From contig CAWEHK010000008.1 of assembly GCA_963808625.1 (NCBI GenBank), positions 32,001 to 96,000 on the forward strand: a stretch of DNA of 64,000 bases, given 5' to 3'. The DNA comes from an uncultured delta proteobacterium. Its GTDB lineage: Bacteria; Desulfobacterota; Syntrophobacteria; Syntrophobacterales; Syntrophobacteraceae. The stretch's first letter is position 1. The number at the start of each line of letters is the position of its first letter. Below, piece after piece: positions 32,017-44,767 of this stretch. Made by a program: the position numbers and the translations under genes. The notes below the pieces were generated by a model. It ran no database searches and was not told the DNA's origin. It was given only the letters and a program-made list of their open reading frames with translations.

Positions 32017-33135
32017 TCAGCGGGCACCCAAAAGGGCCAGCAGGACGCCGCCGGCCACCACGCTGGCGATCTGCCCGGCGGTGTTGGCGCCCATGGCGTG
32101 CATGAGGAGGAAATTCTCGAAATCCTCTTCCTGGCCTACCTTTTGGACCACGCGAGCGGCCATGGGAAAGGCGCTGATGCCGGCCGCGCCGAGCAGCGGG
32201 TTGAAACGCCCTCGGCTGAGAAAGTTGAGGAACTTGGCAAACATCAAGCCGGCTGCGGTGTCAAGGCCGAACGCCAGAATCCCGAGGGCTAGAATCGCCA
32301 GGGTCTGCATCTGCAGGAAGGTATCGGCCCGCATGGTCGATCCCACCGCGAGCCCCAGAAACAGGGTCACGACGTTGGCGATTTCATTGGACGACGCCCC
32401 CGTCAACCGCTCCACCACCCCGGACTCCCTCAGGAGATTGCCCAGCATCAACGTGCCGATCAACGGAATGGCCATGGGCACCAGCGTGCCGATGACAATC
32501 ACGACCGCCAGGGGAAAAATGATGCGGGTGCGGCGGCTGATGGTGCGGGAGGTGTAAGGCATGCGGATGGCTCGTTCCTTGCGCGAGGTCATGGCTCGCA
32601 TGATGGGCGGTTGGATGATGGGGACCAGCGACATGTAGCTGTACGCCGTGACGGCAATGGGCCCGAGCAGGTGGGGGGCGAGCAGGTTGCTCACATAGAT
32701 CGAAGTCGGGCCGTCGATGGCGCCGATGATGCCGATGGAGGCCGCTTCGTTGAGGTCGAAGCCGAGGGCGAGAGCGAGCATCAGGGTGCCGAAGATGCCG
32801 AACTGACCGGCGGCCCCCAGCAGCATCATGCGGGGGTTCTCCAGGAGCGGGCCAAAATCGGTCATGGCGCCGATGCCGATGAACACCAGCAGAGGGAAGA
32901 GTTCGTTGTCCACACCCGCCCGCTTGAGCACCTCGAGCATCCCGTCGTCCTGAATCATGGGAGAGAGCGGCAGGTTGGCAAGAATGGCCCCCGCGCCGAT
33001 GGGCAGGAGCAGCATCGGTTCGTATTCCTTGACTACGGCCAGATAGATCAGGACACAGCCCACCGCGATCATCAGGAGCGATCCGGGTGACACGTTCTGA
33101 AGGCCTTGCAGGAGTTGCGCAAAGGAGACCGTCAC
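32017..33135 (-). CDS. Na+-translocating decarboxylase beta subunit (OadB/MmdB-like)
   Basis: YEPMLLLPIG, GIGAMTDFGPLL, IIGAIDGPTSI, AYSYMSLVPIIQPP, LLMHAMGAN. Confidence 0.92.
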   Translation of the reverse strand: MTVSFAQLLQGLQNVSPGSLLMIAVGCVLIYLAVVKEYEPMLLLPIGAGAILANLPLSPMIQDDGMLEVLKRAGVDNELFPLLVFIGIGAMTDFGPLLENPRMMLLGAAGQFGIFGTLMLALALGFDLNEAASIGIIGAIDGPTSIYVSNLLAPHLLGPIAVTAYSYMSLVPIIQPPIMRAMTSRKERAIRMPYTSRTISRRTRIIFPLAVVIVIGTLVPMAIPLIGTLMLGNLLRESGVVERLTGASSNEIANVVTLFLGLAVGSTMRADTFLQMQTLAILALGILAFGLDTAAGLMFAKFLNFLSRGRFNPLLGAAGISAFPMAARVVQKVGQEEDFENFLLMHAMGANTAGQIASVVAGGVLLALLGAR

Positions 33136-33137
33136 AA

Positions 33138-33656
33138 TTACACCTCCCCAAACTTTACGAGGGTGTCGCCATAGCCCACATTTTGGCCGACACGCACCAG
33201 GACCTCGGAAATCACTCCATCCCGGGGCGAGCGGATGGCGTTCTTCATTTTCATGGCTTCAAGGACCACGACCGTCTGGCCGTGCTTCACCTCATCGCCC
33301 ACCTGAACTTCCACGGCTTGAATTACTCCCGGCATGGGAGCGCAGACCTCCGGGCGCGACGCCCCTTCGAGGTCGGGCTTGGGCGGCTGGGCTGGTGAGG
33401 AGACCCGCAACGGCTGGCCGAGAGTGTCCGGGTCGGGTGGGCGATAGGTAGCCGTCGGCCGGTCCACCACAGCCTCATCATCGGTCCTCAAAGGAATCAT
33501 CGACGGGGTGATGCGGGCTTCTGCCAGGTCCTCGTCGGAAGTGACCTGGACCTCGAAGACCTGGTCATCGAGAATAGTCCGGAACTGATTGGCGGACAGT
33601 TCCATCACGTCAATCACATACTCTTTGCCTTTGACTTCTATTCGGTATCGTCTCAT
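33138..33656 (-). CDS. Biotin carboxyl carrier subunit (MmdC-like)
   Basis: APMPG, LEAMKM biotinylation motif. Confidence 0.9.
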   Translation of the reverse strand: MRRYRIEVKGKEYVIDVMELSANQFRTILDDQVFEVQVTSDEDLAEARITPSMIPLRTDDEAVVDRPTATYRPPDPDTLGQPLRVSSPAQPPKPDLEGASRPEVCAPMPGVIQAVEVQVGDEVKHGQTVVVLEAMKMKNAIRSPRDGVISEVLVRVGQNVGYGDTLVKFGEV

Positions 33657-33991
33657 GAACTCCTCCGTCCCGGTTGCCATGCGGTGTTCTGCAGGCTGCG
33701 CCCGACGCTCACCCAGCGGCTGGGCCGCGTGCCCGGCTGGTAATGGCGCATGGCGGGCGCCGCTTCTTTACGCAGCACGGCCTGGTGCATGGTCACGGCA
33801 ATGGTGATGGCGGCGAGGGCTTCGGCATCGAGGCCGGCGGGGTAGCGGGGGCCGGCTGGCGGTTCCATTTCCGGCGCCACGCGGTCAAATCGCAGCAGCA
33901 GCGTGATCAGCCCTGCCATCACGGCAAGCAGCAGGAACACCAAAGCCATGCCGTAGACAGTCAGCTGCAAACCAATGTTGAGTGATCCCAT
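33653..33991 (-). CDS. Decarboxylase delta/gamma subunit (OadG/MmdD-like)
   Basis: N-terminal TM GMALVFLLL, AAITIAV, SRW...GR. Confidence 0.8.
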   Translation of the reverse strand: MGSLNIGLQLTVYGMALVFLLLAVMAGLITLLLRFDRVAPEMEPPAGPRYPAGLDAEALAAITIAVTMHQAVLRKEAAPAMRHYQPGTRPSRWVSVGRSLQNTAWQPGRRSS

Positions 33992-34059
33992 ATTCGCCCT
34001 CCCCTGCTGGTCTTGTACTTGTTTATGCTGAGAACCTTCATTTTGTCAGACTTAGGAAT

Positions 34060-34262
34060 TGACCGCAGAGCTCGCAGAGAAGTCTTTCTATTGCAGAGCG
34101 ATATTTCGCTGTGCACTCTGCAATGCTAACGTCCAATTCCCTGGAATGTTATCACGATTTATCTTTAACTCTTTGTTTCTCTGCGTTCTCTGCGCTCTCT
34201 GCGCTCTCTGCGGTTAATTCTTTTAGCTGTAGCCGGCGGCGGCCCTGAGCTCTCCGCGGTGA
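34060..34262. repeat. CTCTGCG-type palindromic intergenic repeat
   Basis: CCGCAGAG.. and tandem CTCTGCG(T/C)T units; related copies near 61540 and 62900-63030. Confidence 0.55.
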
Positions 34263-34269
34263 AGTGTGG

Positions 34270-35814
34270 CTACATTGGCATCAAGCCGTGCTTCTTCGGC
34301 GGGTTCTGGAGCACCTTGGTGCGCAGCACTTCCATGGCGCGAATCAGCCGCGGGCGGGTTTCCTTGGGCTCGATGACCTCATCGATTTGCCCCACATTGG
34401 CAGCGATGTAAGGGTTGAAGAACCGGGCGCGATATTCTTCCACAAATTGGCACGCGAGGGCTGCAGGGTCCTCACAATGGGCCAGTTCGCGCTTGCGCAG
34501 GATGCGCACCGCCCCTTCCGCCCCCATGACGGCGATCTGAGCGGAAGGCCAGGCAAAGGAGAGATCGCAGCGCATCTGGCGGGAGCTCATGGCGATGTAA
34601 GCGCCCCCGATGGCCTTCCGCGTGACGATGGAGATTTTCGGCACGGTGGCTTCACAATAGGCATAAATCACCTTGGCACCGTGGCGGATGATCCCGTAGT
34701 GTTCCTGTTCCAGTCCGGGCAAATAGCCGGGGGTGTCCACAAAGGTAATGAGAGGGATATTGAAGGCATCGCAGATGCGCACGAAGCGGGCGATCTTGTC
34801 ACTGGAATCGATATCCAGCACACCCGCCAGATAGGCCGGCTGATTGGCAACGATGCCCACCGAGTAGCCGTCAAGGCGGGCAAAGCCGACCACGGCATTG
34901 CGCGCATAGTAGGGGTGCACCTGCAAAAAGCTGCCGTGGTCGACGATGGCTTCAATGACCTGAAGCATGTCATAGGGCTCATTTTCATCTTCCGGCACGA
35001 TGGTGTTGAGGGACTCCTCCATCCGCTCCGGTGAGTCATAACGCGCTACCCGGGGCGGATCTTCGGCATTGTTCTGGGGCAGATAGCTGAGCAGCAGCTT
35101 CACCAGTTCCATGGCCTGATGATCGCTTTCGGCCAGGAAGTGAGCTACTCCGCTCTTGCTGTTATGCACCAGGGTGCCGCCGAGATCGGAGAAGTTGACC
35201 TCCTCCCCGGTCACGGCCTTGATGACGTCCGGCCCGGTAATGAACATGTAGCTGATGCCACGGGCCATGATGATAAAGTCGGTCAGGGCCGGAGAGTAGA
35301 CCGAACCGCCCGCACAGGGTCCAAGCATTACCGAGATCTGAGGAATGACGCCGGAAGAGAGAACGTTGCGCACGAACACTTCGCCGTAAGCCGCCAGGCT
35401 GCGAAACCCTTCCTGGATGCGGGCCCCCCCCGAGTCATTGAGGCCGATCATGGGAATACCACTTTCCAGGGCCACATCCTGGAGGCGGCAGATCTTGTTG
35501 GCCTGGACTTCCGAAAAGGACCCGCCCACCACCGTGAAATCCTGGGCAAACACGGCAACCCGGCGACCGTTGATCTTGCCAAAACCCGTGACGACGCCGT
35601 CGCCGGGAAAGCGCTGCCGATCCATGCCAAATTCAGTCATGTTGTGGGTCGCCAGTGCTCCGAGTTCCTGAAAGGTCCCTTCGTCCAGGAGCAGCGCCAA
35701 CCGCTCCCGAGCGGTCATTTTTCCGCGCGCGTGCTGTTGCGCAATGCGCTCAGCGCCACCGCCCTCCATAGCGCGCTCACGCATCTCACGGAGTCTATCC
35801 AAGTAATTTGTCAT
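34270..35814 (-). CDS. Acyl-CoA carboxyltransferase/decarboxylase alpha subunit (MmdA/PccB-like)
   Basis: GKMTARER, QDFTVVGGS, DSGGARIQEG, GPCAGG, DTPGYLPG, VMGAEGA, KKHG. Confidence 0.92.
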   Translation of the reverse strand: MTNYLDRLREMRERAMEGGGAERIAQQHARGKMTARERLALLLDEGTFQELGALATHNMTEFGMDRQRFPGDGVVTGFGKINGRRVAVFAQDFTVVGGSFSEVQANKICRLQDVALESGIPMIGLNDSGGARIQEGFRSLAAYGEVFVRNVLSSGVIPQISVMLGPCAGGSVYSPALTDFIIMARGISYMFITGPDVIKAVTGEEVNFSDLGGTLVHNSKSGVAHFLAESDHQAMELVKLLLSYLPQNNAEDPPRVARYDSPERMEESLNTIVPEDENEPYDMLQVIEAIVDHGSFLQVHPYYARNAVVGFARLDGYSVGIVANQPAYLAGVLDIDSSDKIARFVRICDAFNIPLITFVDTPGYLPGLEQEHYGIIRHGAKVIYAYCEATVPKISIVTRKAIGGAYIAMSSRQMRCDLSFAWPSAQIAVMGAEGAVRILRKRELAHCEDPAALACQFVEEYRARFFNPYIAANVGQIDEVIEPKETRPRLIRAMEVLRTKVLQNPPKKHGLMPM

Positions 35815-35973
35815 ATATTCTCCTTCGATTGTGTTGAGCGATGAAAGAACCGCCGCAATCCTGCAGCCCAATCTAACCCCTTCAGCTGTGTTCAGTCAAA
35901 CCGTTGCTTCGCCTTCGAGAGAATCATGTGCGAAACGCACATGCTCCGTTGATTGTTCAACAGCAGCCTCGTC

Positions 35974-36137
35974 GGCTGGGTTTCGCTCCTCACCATGACT
36001 GGGGCTCACAATGCCGTCATTGATCGAGGAACGAAACCCACCATTCAGCATCAGCTGGTCGGCTCTTGCTGGGTTTCGTTCCCAGGATGCTCTACAATTT
36101 TATGCGTGTTTCGTAAGGGAACGAAACCCAAGCTACA
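35974..36137. repeat. REP-like inverted-repeat doublets
   Basis: Two pairs GGGTTTCG(C/T)TCC ... GGAACGAAACCC. Confidence 0.55.
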
Positions 36138-36281
36138 CATCTACGCATCGAATCAGGACGCTCTTTTATGCAGCGCTTTTCCAAGGTGATCGTGCGGAGG
36201 AAGTTGGAAGTTTCAGGATCACCCGTCGTTAGCGCTTGACAAAGGAGAGGCTCCCTGTTACTGAACAGCACAATTCTAAAG

Positions 36282-36410
36282 CCAGTGCTGCGCTTGGATC
36301 CTGAAGGGACCAAGACGGAACACACTGAGTACGGGGAGAGGGTTTGGATATATATTCCCGGCCTGTTTTATGGAGGAGCCTTCCGGACCAGGGTCTCGAA
36401 GGCTTTTTGC
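36282..36410 (+). ncRNA. pan RNA motif-like leader (two hairpins) upstream of panC
   Basis: CGCTTGGATCC-TGAA-GGGACCAAGACG and AGCCTTCCGGACCAGGGTCTCGAAGGCT followed by a T-run; position matches the pan motif context (similarity recalled, not searched). Confidence 0.6.
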
Positions 36411-36442
36411 CGTTTTTGAGCAGCAGCAAGAAAGGAGAAAGC

Positions 36443-37294
36443 ATGCGCATCATCGAAAGCATTGCCGAGATGCAGCAAGCAGCAGAAGCTTGGCGTTGCG
36501 AACGGAAGCGAGTCGGCTTGGTGCCGACCATGGGCTATCTTCACGAGGGTCATCTCGAGCTCATGCGGGCCCTTCGGCGTCGCAGCGACGTCTTGGTCGC
36601 CAGCGTCTTCGTTAATCCGGCTCAATTCGGGCCTAACGAGGACCTCGCCCGATACCCTCGCGACCTCGAACGAGACGTCCGCCTGATGACCGAGGCGGGA
36701 GTCGATATCGCATTCATCCCTCAGGCGAGGGACATATACCCTGATGGGTACCAGACATTCGTAAATGTCACCGAGGTCACCGCGCCGCTGTGCGGACGCA
36801 GTCGTCCTGCCTTTTTCCGTGGCGTTGCCACCGTCGTTGCCAAGCTGTTCAATATCGTAAGACCGCATGCCGCAATTTTCGGTGAAAAGGACTTCCAGCA
36901 ACTGGTGACGATCCGGAGAATGGTTCAGGACCTGAACATGGACATCGAGATAATCGGTCATCCCACCGTGCGTGAGGCGGATGGCCTCGCAATGAGCAGT
37001 CGCAATGCCTATCTGACGCCCGAACAACACGAGAAAGCCATTCGCCTGAACCGCTCATTGAGAGAAGCTCAAACCCTGGTGCAAAGCGGAGAGAGGAGTA
37101 GCGCAGTAATCCTGGACAAGGTACGGGAAGTTTTGGCAGAAGGCGATGACGTGAGGATTGACTACGTGCAACTTTGCGCCCCCGCCACCCTGGAGGAGGT
37201 CGCCCAGATCGCCGGTCCGGCATTGCTGGCCCTGGCAGTGCATGTAGGACCTGCCCGCCTGATCGATAATGCGATTTTGAGTCCTTCTGCGTGA
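36443..37294 (+). CDS. panC: Pantoate--beta-alanine ligase
   Basis: VPTMGYLHEGH, FVNPAQF, FGEKDFQQ, GLAMSSRN, RLIDN. Confidence 0.96.
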   Translation: MRIIESIAEMQQAAEAWRCERKRVGLVPTMGYLHEGHLELMRALRRRSDVLVASVFVNPAQFGPNEDLARYPRDLERDVRLMTEAGVDIAFIPQARDIYPDGYQTFVNVTEVTAPLCGRSRPAFFRGVATVVAKLFNIVRPHAAIFGEKDFQQLVTIRRMVQDLNMDIEIIGHPTVREADGLAMSSRNAYLTPEQHEKAIRLNRSLREAQTLVQSGERSSAVILDKVREVLAEGDDVRIDYVQLCAPATLEEVAQIAGPALLALAVHVGPARLIDNAILSPSA

Positions 37295-37339
37295 GCTGAA
37301 ACTTGCTGAGAACTTACCTTCAACGTTCAGGAGAAAACC

Positions 37340-37699
37340 ATGCAGCGCATTCTGCTCAAGTCCAAGATCCACCGGGCAACGGTGACCGATTCGAACCTTC
37401 AATATGAAGGAAGCCTGACCATAGATGAAGAACTGTTACGATCTGCAGATATCCTCCAATACGAGCAGATCAAAATTTATAACGTCTCCAATGGCGAGCG
37501 GTTCGATACGTACGCCATTGCCGGTCGCGCCGGAAGCGGCGAAATCTGTCTCAATGGGGCGGCAGCGCGTAAGGGGGCGAAGGGAGACCTCATTATCATC
37601 GCTTCCTATGGCCACTATGACGAGGCGGAACTGGCGCAACATAAGCCGAAAGTCGTTCTTTTGGGCGCCCAGAATAGACCGCTGCCGATGAAAGGTTAG
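37340..37699 (+). CDS. panD: Aspartate 1-decarboxylase
   Basis: [33 protein letters not shown]. Confidence 0.96.
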   Translation: MQRILLKSKIHRATVTDSNLQYEGSLTIDEELLRSADILQYEQIKIYNVSNGERFDTYAIAGRAGSGEICLNGAAARKGAKGDLIIIASYGHYDEAELAQHKPKVVLLGAQNRPLPMKG

Positions 37700-37784
37700 C
37701 TTCCGTATCAGAGAGTCTTAATTGTGCTGACGAATTAAGCCGAATGGACATCAGATTCCCTTACCAGAAGGAGGAAGTTTCACA

Positions 37785-40225
<2,441 letters not shown>

Positions 40226-40236
40226 AGAGTCGTCTC

Positions 40237-41430
40237 ATGAAGGTGCAGATGATCTTGGGGGTCTGCGTGGCAGTGCTCTTTAGCGCCTGCTCGCAGCCCC
40301 CCCGAGAACCTTCGAAGACCGCGATCATGGAACGGGTCCCGAGGGACCAGCTGCCGCAATTCGATGACGATCTGGATCCGCAGTCACTGCGGGCAGCCAT
40401 TGAGAAGAGCCTCGATTTTTTCGAACGAGTTCCCGGAAACCAGACATTTCCCCTGGGTGAGACAGAACTCAGGGTCGAAGTTCTTAGAACTTCCCTGCTC
40501 CACTTTTTGAAACTTTTGGAGGGGGGCCGTTTGGATACGGATGCGGTGGCCCAATCATTTGACGTGTACCGGGCGGGCGGCGAGAAGACCGAGGAGCAGC
40601 CCCTGGCGACCGGATATTATGAACCGATTGTTGAAGGCCGGCTCGAGCGGGACGGCCCTTTCTGTTACCCTCTCTATGGGGTCCCGCCTGATCTCCTGTC
40701 CATCGATCTGGCATCATTCGACCCCGTACGCTTCCCTGGCGAGCGTCTGGTGGGACGCCTTCAGGGAAACCGGGTGGCCCCCTACTATACCAGGGCCGAA
40801 ATTGACGGGGAGAGAAAGCTTGAACCGTATGGCTGTCAATTAGCCTGGTTGCGGGACCCCGTCGAGGCGTTTTTTCTTCATGTGCAAGGCTCCGGGATCA
40901 TCCAACTGCCCGATGGACATTCGTTTCGCGTCGGTTACGCGGGAGCGAACGGACGCCCCTACCGCAGCATCGGCAAGGTCCTGATTGACAGGGGCGTGAT
41001 CTCGCGCGAAGAGATGTCGCTGCAAGCGCTTCGCAGCTACCTGCGGGACCACCCTGAGAGCCGCGACGAGGTTATGTGGCACAATGAAAGCTACGTCTTT
41101 TTTCGCCAGGTTAAGGATGGCCCCATGGGAAGCTTGAACGTCCCTTTGACCGCCGGACGCTCCATTGCCACAGACCCGCGATACCACCCCAGGGGGGCCC
41201 TGGCTTACCTGGAAACGACGAAGCCCCGCATCGACGCAGCCGGGCGCGTTACGGGGTGGGACCCCCTCGCCAGGTGGGTCCTGAACCAGGATACCGGGGG
41301 GGCCATCAAGGGACCCGGGCGTGTTGACCTCTTCTGCGGAACAGGATATGAAGCAGGAGAGTTAGCCGGGCGCATGAAATATTCCGGCAAGCTCTATTTC
41401 TTGGTAAAAAAGGGTGAGAGTCAGGATTAG
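40237..41430 (+). CDS. mltA: Membrane-bound lytic murein transglycosylase A
   Basis: Lipobox LFSAC; TGYYEP, FFLHVQGSG, QDTGGAIKG..R.DLF.G. Confidence 0.9.
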   Translation: MKVQMILGVCVAVLFSACSQPPREPSKTAIMERVPRDQLPQFDDDLDPQSLRAAIEKSLDFFERVPGNQTFPLGETELRVEVLRTSLLHFLKLLEGGRLDTDAVAQSFDVYRAGGEKTEEQPLATGYYEPIVEGRLERDGPFCYPLYGVPPDLLSIDLASFDPVRFPGERLVGRLQGNRVAPYYTRAEIDGERKLEPYGCQLAWLRDPVEAFFLHVQGSGIIQLPDGHSFRVGYAGANGRPYRSIGKVLIDRGVISREEMSLQALRSYLRDHPESRDEVMWHNESYVFFRQVKDGPMGSLNVPLTAGRSIATDPRYHPRGALAYLETTKPRIDAAGRVTGWDPLARWVLNQDTGGAIKGPGRVDLFCGTGYEAGELAGRMKYSGKLYFLVKKGESQD

Positions 41431-41443
41431 CTGGAACGAATTC

Positions 41444-41752
41444 CTACGCTTGCGACCTGTTTTGGTGCAAGATCTGGAACAAGATACGCATTTCGTCGAA
41501 ACAGCTGCAAAGGGCCATGAACGCTTCGATCTGTTGGTTTTCACCGGGAATTTCGTCGGCCGCAAGCATGGCAAGCAAAGCCTGTTGCGCTGATCGGAAA
41601 CGGTCCGTGGTTCGTTCTCCCAGGAGTTTCAGCTGCGTCATCAGGTCTGCAGGCTGAGCGTTGTGAGCGAATTCGTCGAGCTCCCTGTATTTGCGATCAT
41701 ATTCTCGGGCCAGTTGACCAAGCTGCTGAAGATGGTTGGTTGCAGGATTCAA
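41444..41752 (-). CDS. Hypothetical helical protein
   Basis: 102-aa ORF with AGGGAGG RBS and TTG start. Confidence 0.55.
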   Translation of the reverse strand: MNPATNHLQQLGQLAREYDRKYRELDEFAHNAQPADLMTQLKLLGERTTDRFRSAQQALLAMLAADEIPGENQQIEAFMALCSCFDEMRILFQILHQNRSQA

Positions 41753-42267
41753 GTCTGTGCCTCCCTTTGATTTTGGATGATCCGGGACCGAGGAATGGAA
41801 ACCGTTTGCCTTCTGGCTTTACCGCAGGGACCCAGAGAGCGCAAAGCACGCTTGCTGAAGTGTTGCGTCTTCCGCATTTTTGCTTTAACACGCGAAAGAG
41901 GACAGTAGTCAATTCAAAGAACCGTGTCAAATCATAGTTCGACGGTTCGACGGCCGAATTCATGGTGGATATACATCCAGCAGGGGCTGATCCGTGACTC
42001 TTACGTCATATTTATCCGGCACGTGCACGCTTCGAACCGACTGAATACGGAAAATGAGGAAGAACTTTACTCGCCCCGCAAAGGGAGTTAAGATGTTGGA
42101 AGTCCAGCGATTGCAGCCGTGCGCCTGCCTTCGAGGACTTTGTTGTGCCCGCGAATGAATAAACTTTTCTGTGATGTCATTTCAGAGCGGAAGATTATTG
42201 ATCATGCTGCCGGATAAAAGGGCTCCGCTGAGTGGCGGCATGATATAAAAGTGAAAGGTTGCTGTGG

Positions 42268-43704
42268 ATGTTCGTTAAAACGCTTAATATTTTACTTGCG
42301 GAATGTCTCAAGATCCCCTCCGATGGAATATCTCCCCTCCTGGACCGCAAAATCCACGAACGGCTGGTATTCACCAATCCGGATTACGAATTGCGACACA
42401 ACCGGGGCGAGTGGATTGGAAATATACCTCCTCAAATCAATTGCATGCGGCAGAAGGGGCACAGCTATCTATTGCCCCGAGGTTTCCTCGAGCAGTTGCT
42501 GGAACTCTGCAAAAGATTTCAGCAACCCTACCGCCTGGTTGATCGCAGGCGCACCATGGACCCCTTGCCGCTTGAATTCCATGGGGAGTTGAAAGGGTAC
42601 CAGCAGGATGCCGCCGAGGCGGTTTTGGAACGCGAATTTGCCACCCTCATCGGGGGCCACAAGAGCGGGAAGACGGTCATTGCCTTGTATACCATTGCAC
42701 AGCGCCGTCAGCCCACGCTGGTGCTCATTCCCAAGTTGGACCTTCTCGAAGGCTGGTTGACAAAAATTGAGAATTTTCTCCAAATTCCCCGCGCCGAAGT
42801 TGGCCTTTTTGCCGAAGGCGTTCACCAACCAGGGAATGCCATAACGATCGGCCACACCGGCGAGGTGATGCGTTACTGGCGAAAGATTTGGGACCGCATC
42901 GGCTACCTGATAATGGACGAATGCCAGCGCTGTCCGTCAAAGGTCCTCACCCATCTGATTCCCAATTTTGATTCCCGTTACATGCTGGGGCTCTCCAACA
43001 CCACGCAGCGCAGGGACAGGCTTTCCAGGCTGGTGTACTACTACATCGGTGATATGGTCTACACGATCGATGAAAGGGATGCCCGAGAGGGTCGAGGGAT
43101 TATCCACGCCCATGTGGTAGCGCGTGAGACCGGCTTCGAGTACCCTTATTATTCGCGTTCCGACTATGTTCCCATGCTGGGGGCGCTCATGCGAGATGCC
43201 CACCGAACCGGCATCATCGCTGATGACATCGAGGCGGAACTCGATCGTGAGCCGCAACCACTCGTTGTCCTGTGCGGCGGTGAAGAGCAGAACCAGCTGC
43301 TGAAAGCGGAGCTGTCACAGCGCGGCATCCACGCCGTGAGCTACGGTAAAGAGCCCGCGGATATCGAGGAGGCTCTGAAAGAAGTGGCCGACAACGGCGA
43401 CCCCTGCACCGATTTGCCTGAAGCCTCCGGGCCGGTGGCAATCCTTGTCACCCCTCAGACCTTGATGCAGTGTTTTCGTAGCCTCAATTCCAAGGTCATA
43501 TTTCTTGCGGTACCCCTGTATTTCGGGAATCATTTGGCAAATGCCCTGCGGGAAATGCATCTGAATGGAACGGGAGCCGACCGGCGACTCAAGATTTATG
43601 ATTACGTAGACCGGCGCATCGGCCTCCTCGATAATTACTTTCGCATGCGAAGCTACAATTATGGCGTGCACCCGGATGTTCTTCTCAATGCGAGCTCCAA
43701 TTGA
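42268..43704 (+). CDS. SF2 helicase-like protein with degenerate motifs
   Basis: LKGYQQDA, HKSGKT, IMDECQ, LGLSNT, IYDYVD. Confidence 0.75.
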   Translation: MFVKTLNILLAECLKIPSDGISPLLDRKIHERLVFTNPDYELRHNRGEWIGNIPPQINCMRQKGHSYLLPRGFLEQLLELCKRFQQPYRLVDRRRTMDPLPLEFHGELKGYQQDAAEAVLEREFATLIGGHKSGKTVIALYTIAQRRQPTLVLIPKLDLLEGWLTKIENFLQIPRAEVGLFAEGVHQPGNAITIGHTGEVMRYWRKIWDRIGYLIMDECQRCPSKVLTHLIPNFDSRYMLGLSNTTQRRDRLSRLVYYYIGDMVYTIDERDAREGRGIIHAHVVARETGFEYPYYSRSDYVPMLGALMRDAHRTGIIADDIEAELDREPQPLVVLCGGEEQNQLLKAELSQRGIHAVSYGKEPADIEEALKEVADNGDPCTDLPEASGPVAILVTPQTLMQCFRSLNSKVIFLAVPLYFGNHLANALREMHLNGTGADRRLKIYDYVDRRIGLLDNYFRMRSYNYGVHPDVLLNASSN

Positions 43705-43839
43705 GCGGTTTGTGAATCCCGGCCATCCGGGCGAACGCATATTTCCATTGAGCATTTCATGGCGCGCGTGGCGCCCGGCTGGGTTCGCGGCAAGTGATCC
43801 CCAACCGCTTCTGATCCACATTCGCTTGCAGAACTGACG

Positions 43840-44604
43840 ATGCAACCCGGCAAAGTTGCCCTGGGGCCATTCCTTCGTTCGTGCACGGCGATCAGGACCC
43901 TGGGGGTCCGTCAAACCATCGATGATTACTCGACCGAAGAAAAGGACCTCCTGCGCTCCGCCGTCCGGGTTTTCTTTCCAACTCAGCGCTATGCTTATCT
44001 TTTCAACGCGCTGGAAATACCTACCTTCCCGAGCTACACGACCTATCGCTTCCAGCACTCCCGCGTCCTGCAGCAGGTCCTGATGGCTTATGCGGGGATG
44101 CCGCACCCGCTCACCCGTATCTATTTCGGCAAACGGCAGAAAGCAAAGATTCCCGAGGCCTTTCCCTTTCCGTTCCTAGCAATGGGTCCCCATGCCGCTT
44201 TGCACCGTAAATTCCTGGTTGAGAATGCCACGGCTCTCGAGGAATGTTCACAGCACTATAACCCGCTCATCATCCAGGAAGCCGTGGCCTGGACCGAACG
44301 CATCCGCATTTTATGCGTCCATGACGACTGCGTGGGCGTCGTTCGGCAGCACGGTAGAGGTGCTTCGGGCCCCGGCTTTCAACCCGTTTCCATGGAACAG
44401 CCGGCATTGCGGTTGGTCATCGAGATGACGCGAGATTTTGTCCGCAGGGTGCGACTGGACGATATCGTGATCGAATGGGGCTGTCGCGATGGCCAATGGC
44501 AGTTGCTTGAAATGATGCGCCCCCCCGTCAGGTGGCCGATGCCGGATGGGCTTCTTGACCGTCATCATTATATTTGCGATTTAGTAAAGGCCGGGCGCCT
44601 GTAA
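43840..44604 (+). CDS. RimK/ATP-grasp-like protein (divergent)
   Basis: FFPT..YA, PTFPS, PHP.TRIY, FPFPF, IIQE. Confidence 0.55.
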   Translation: MQPGKVALGPFLRSCTAIRTLGVRQTIDDYSTEEKDLLRSAVRVFFPTQRYAYLFNALEIPTFPSYTTYRFQHSRVLQQVLMAYAGMPHPLTRIYFGKRQKAKIPEAFPFPFLAMGPHAALHRKFLVENATALEECSQHYNPLIIQEAVAWTERIRILCVHDDCVGVVRQHGRGASGPGFQPVSMEQPALRLVIEMTRDFVRRVRLDDIVIEWGCRDGQWQLLEMMRPPVRWPMPDGLLDRHHYICDLVKAGRL

Positions 44605-44647
44605 TGGGCCCTTTTTAACGATTGCTGATTAATTAGGTTTTTTTTCT

Positions 44648-44728
44648 ACCATGAAATACACGAAAGACACGAAACACGCGCAAGACCTAAAGTGATTTTT
44701 TTCGTGTTTTCCGTGTGTTTCGTGGTTT
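44648..44728. repeat. Intergenic palindrome
   Basis: ACCATGAAATACACGAAAGACACGAAA ... TTTCGTGTTTTCCGTGTGTTTCGTGGT. Confidence 0.6.
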
Positions 44729-44767
44729 CAATAAGGCCCTGATCACTAGCATAAGGAAGGGAAAAGG

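Noticed and set aside
41940..42200. Possible structured ncRNA in a long intergenic region
   Set aside because: Only weak local hairpins; no recognisable family motif
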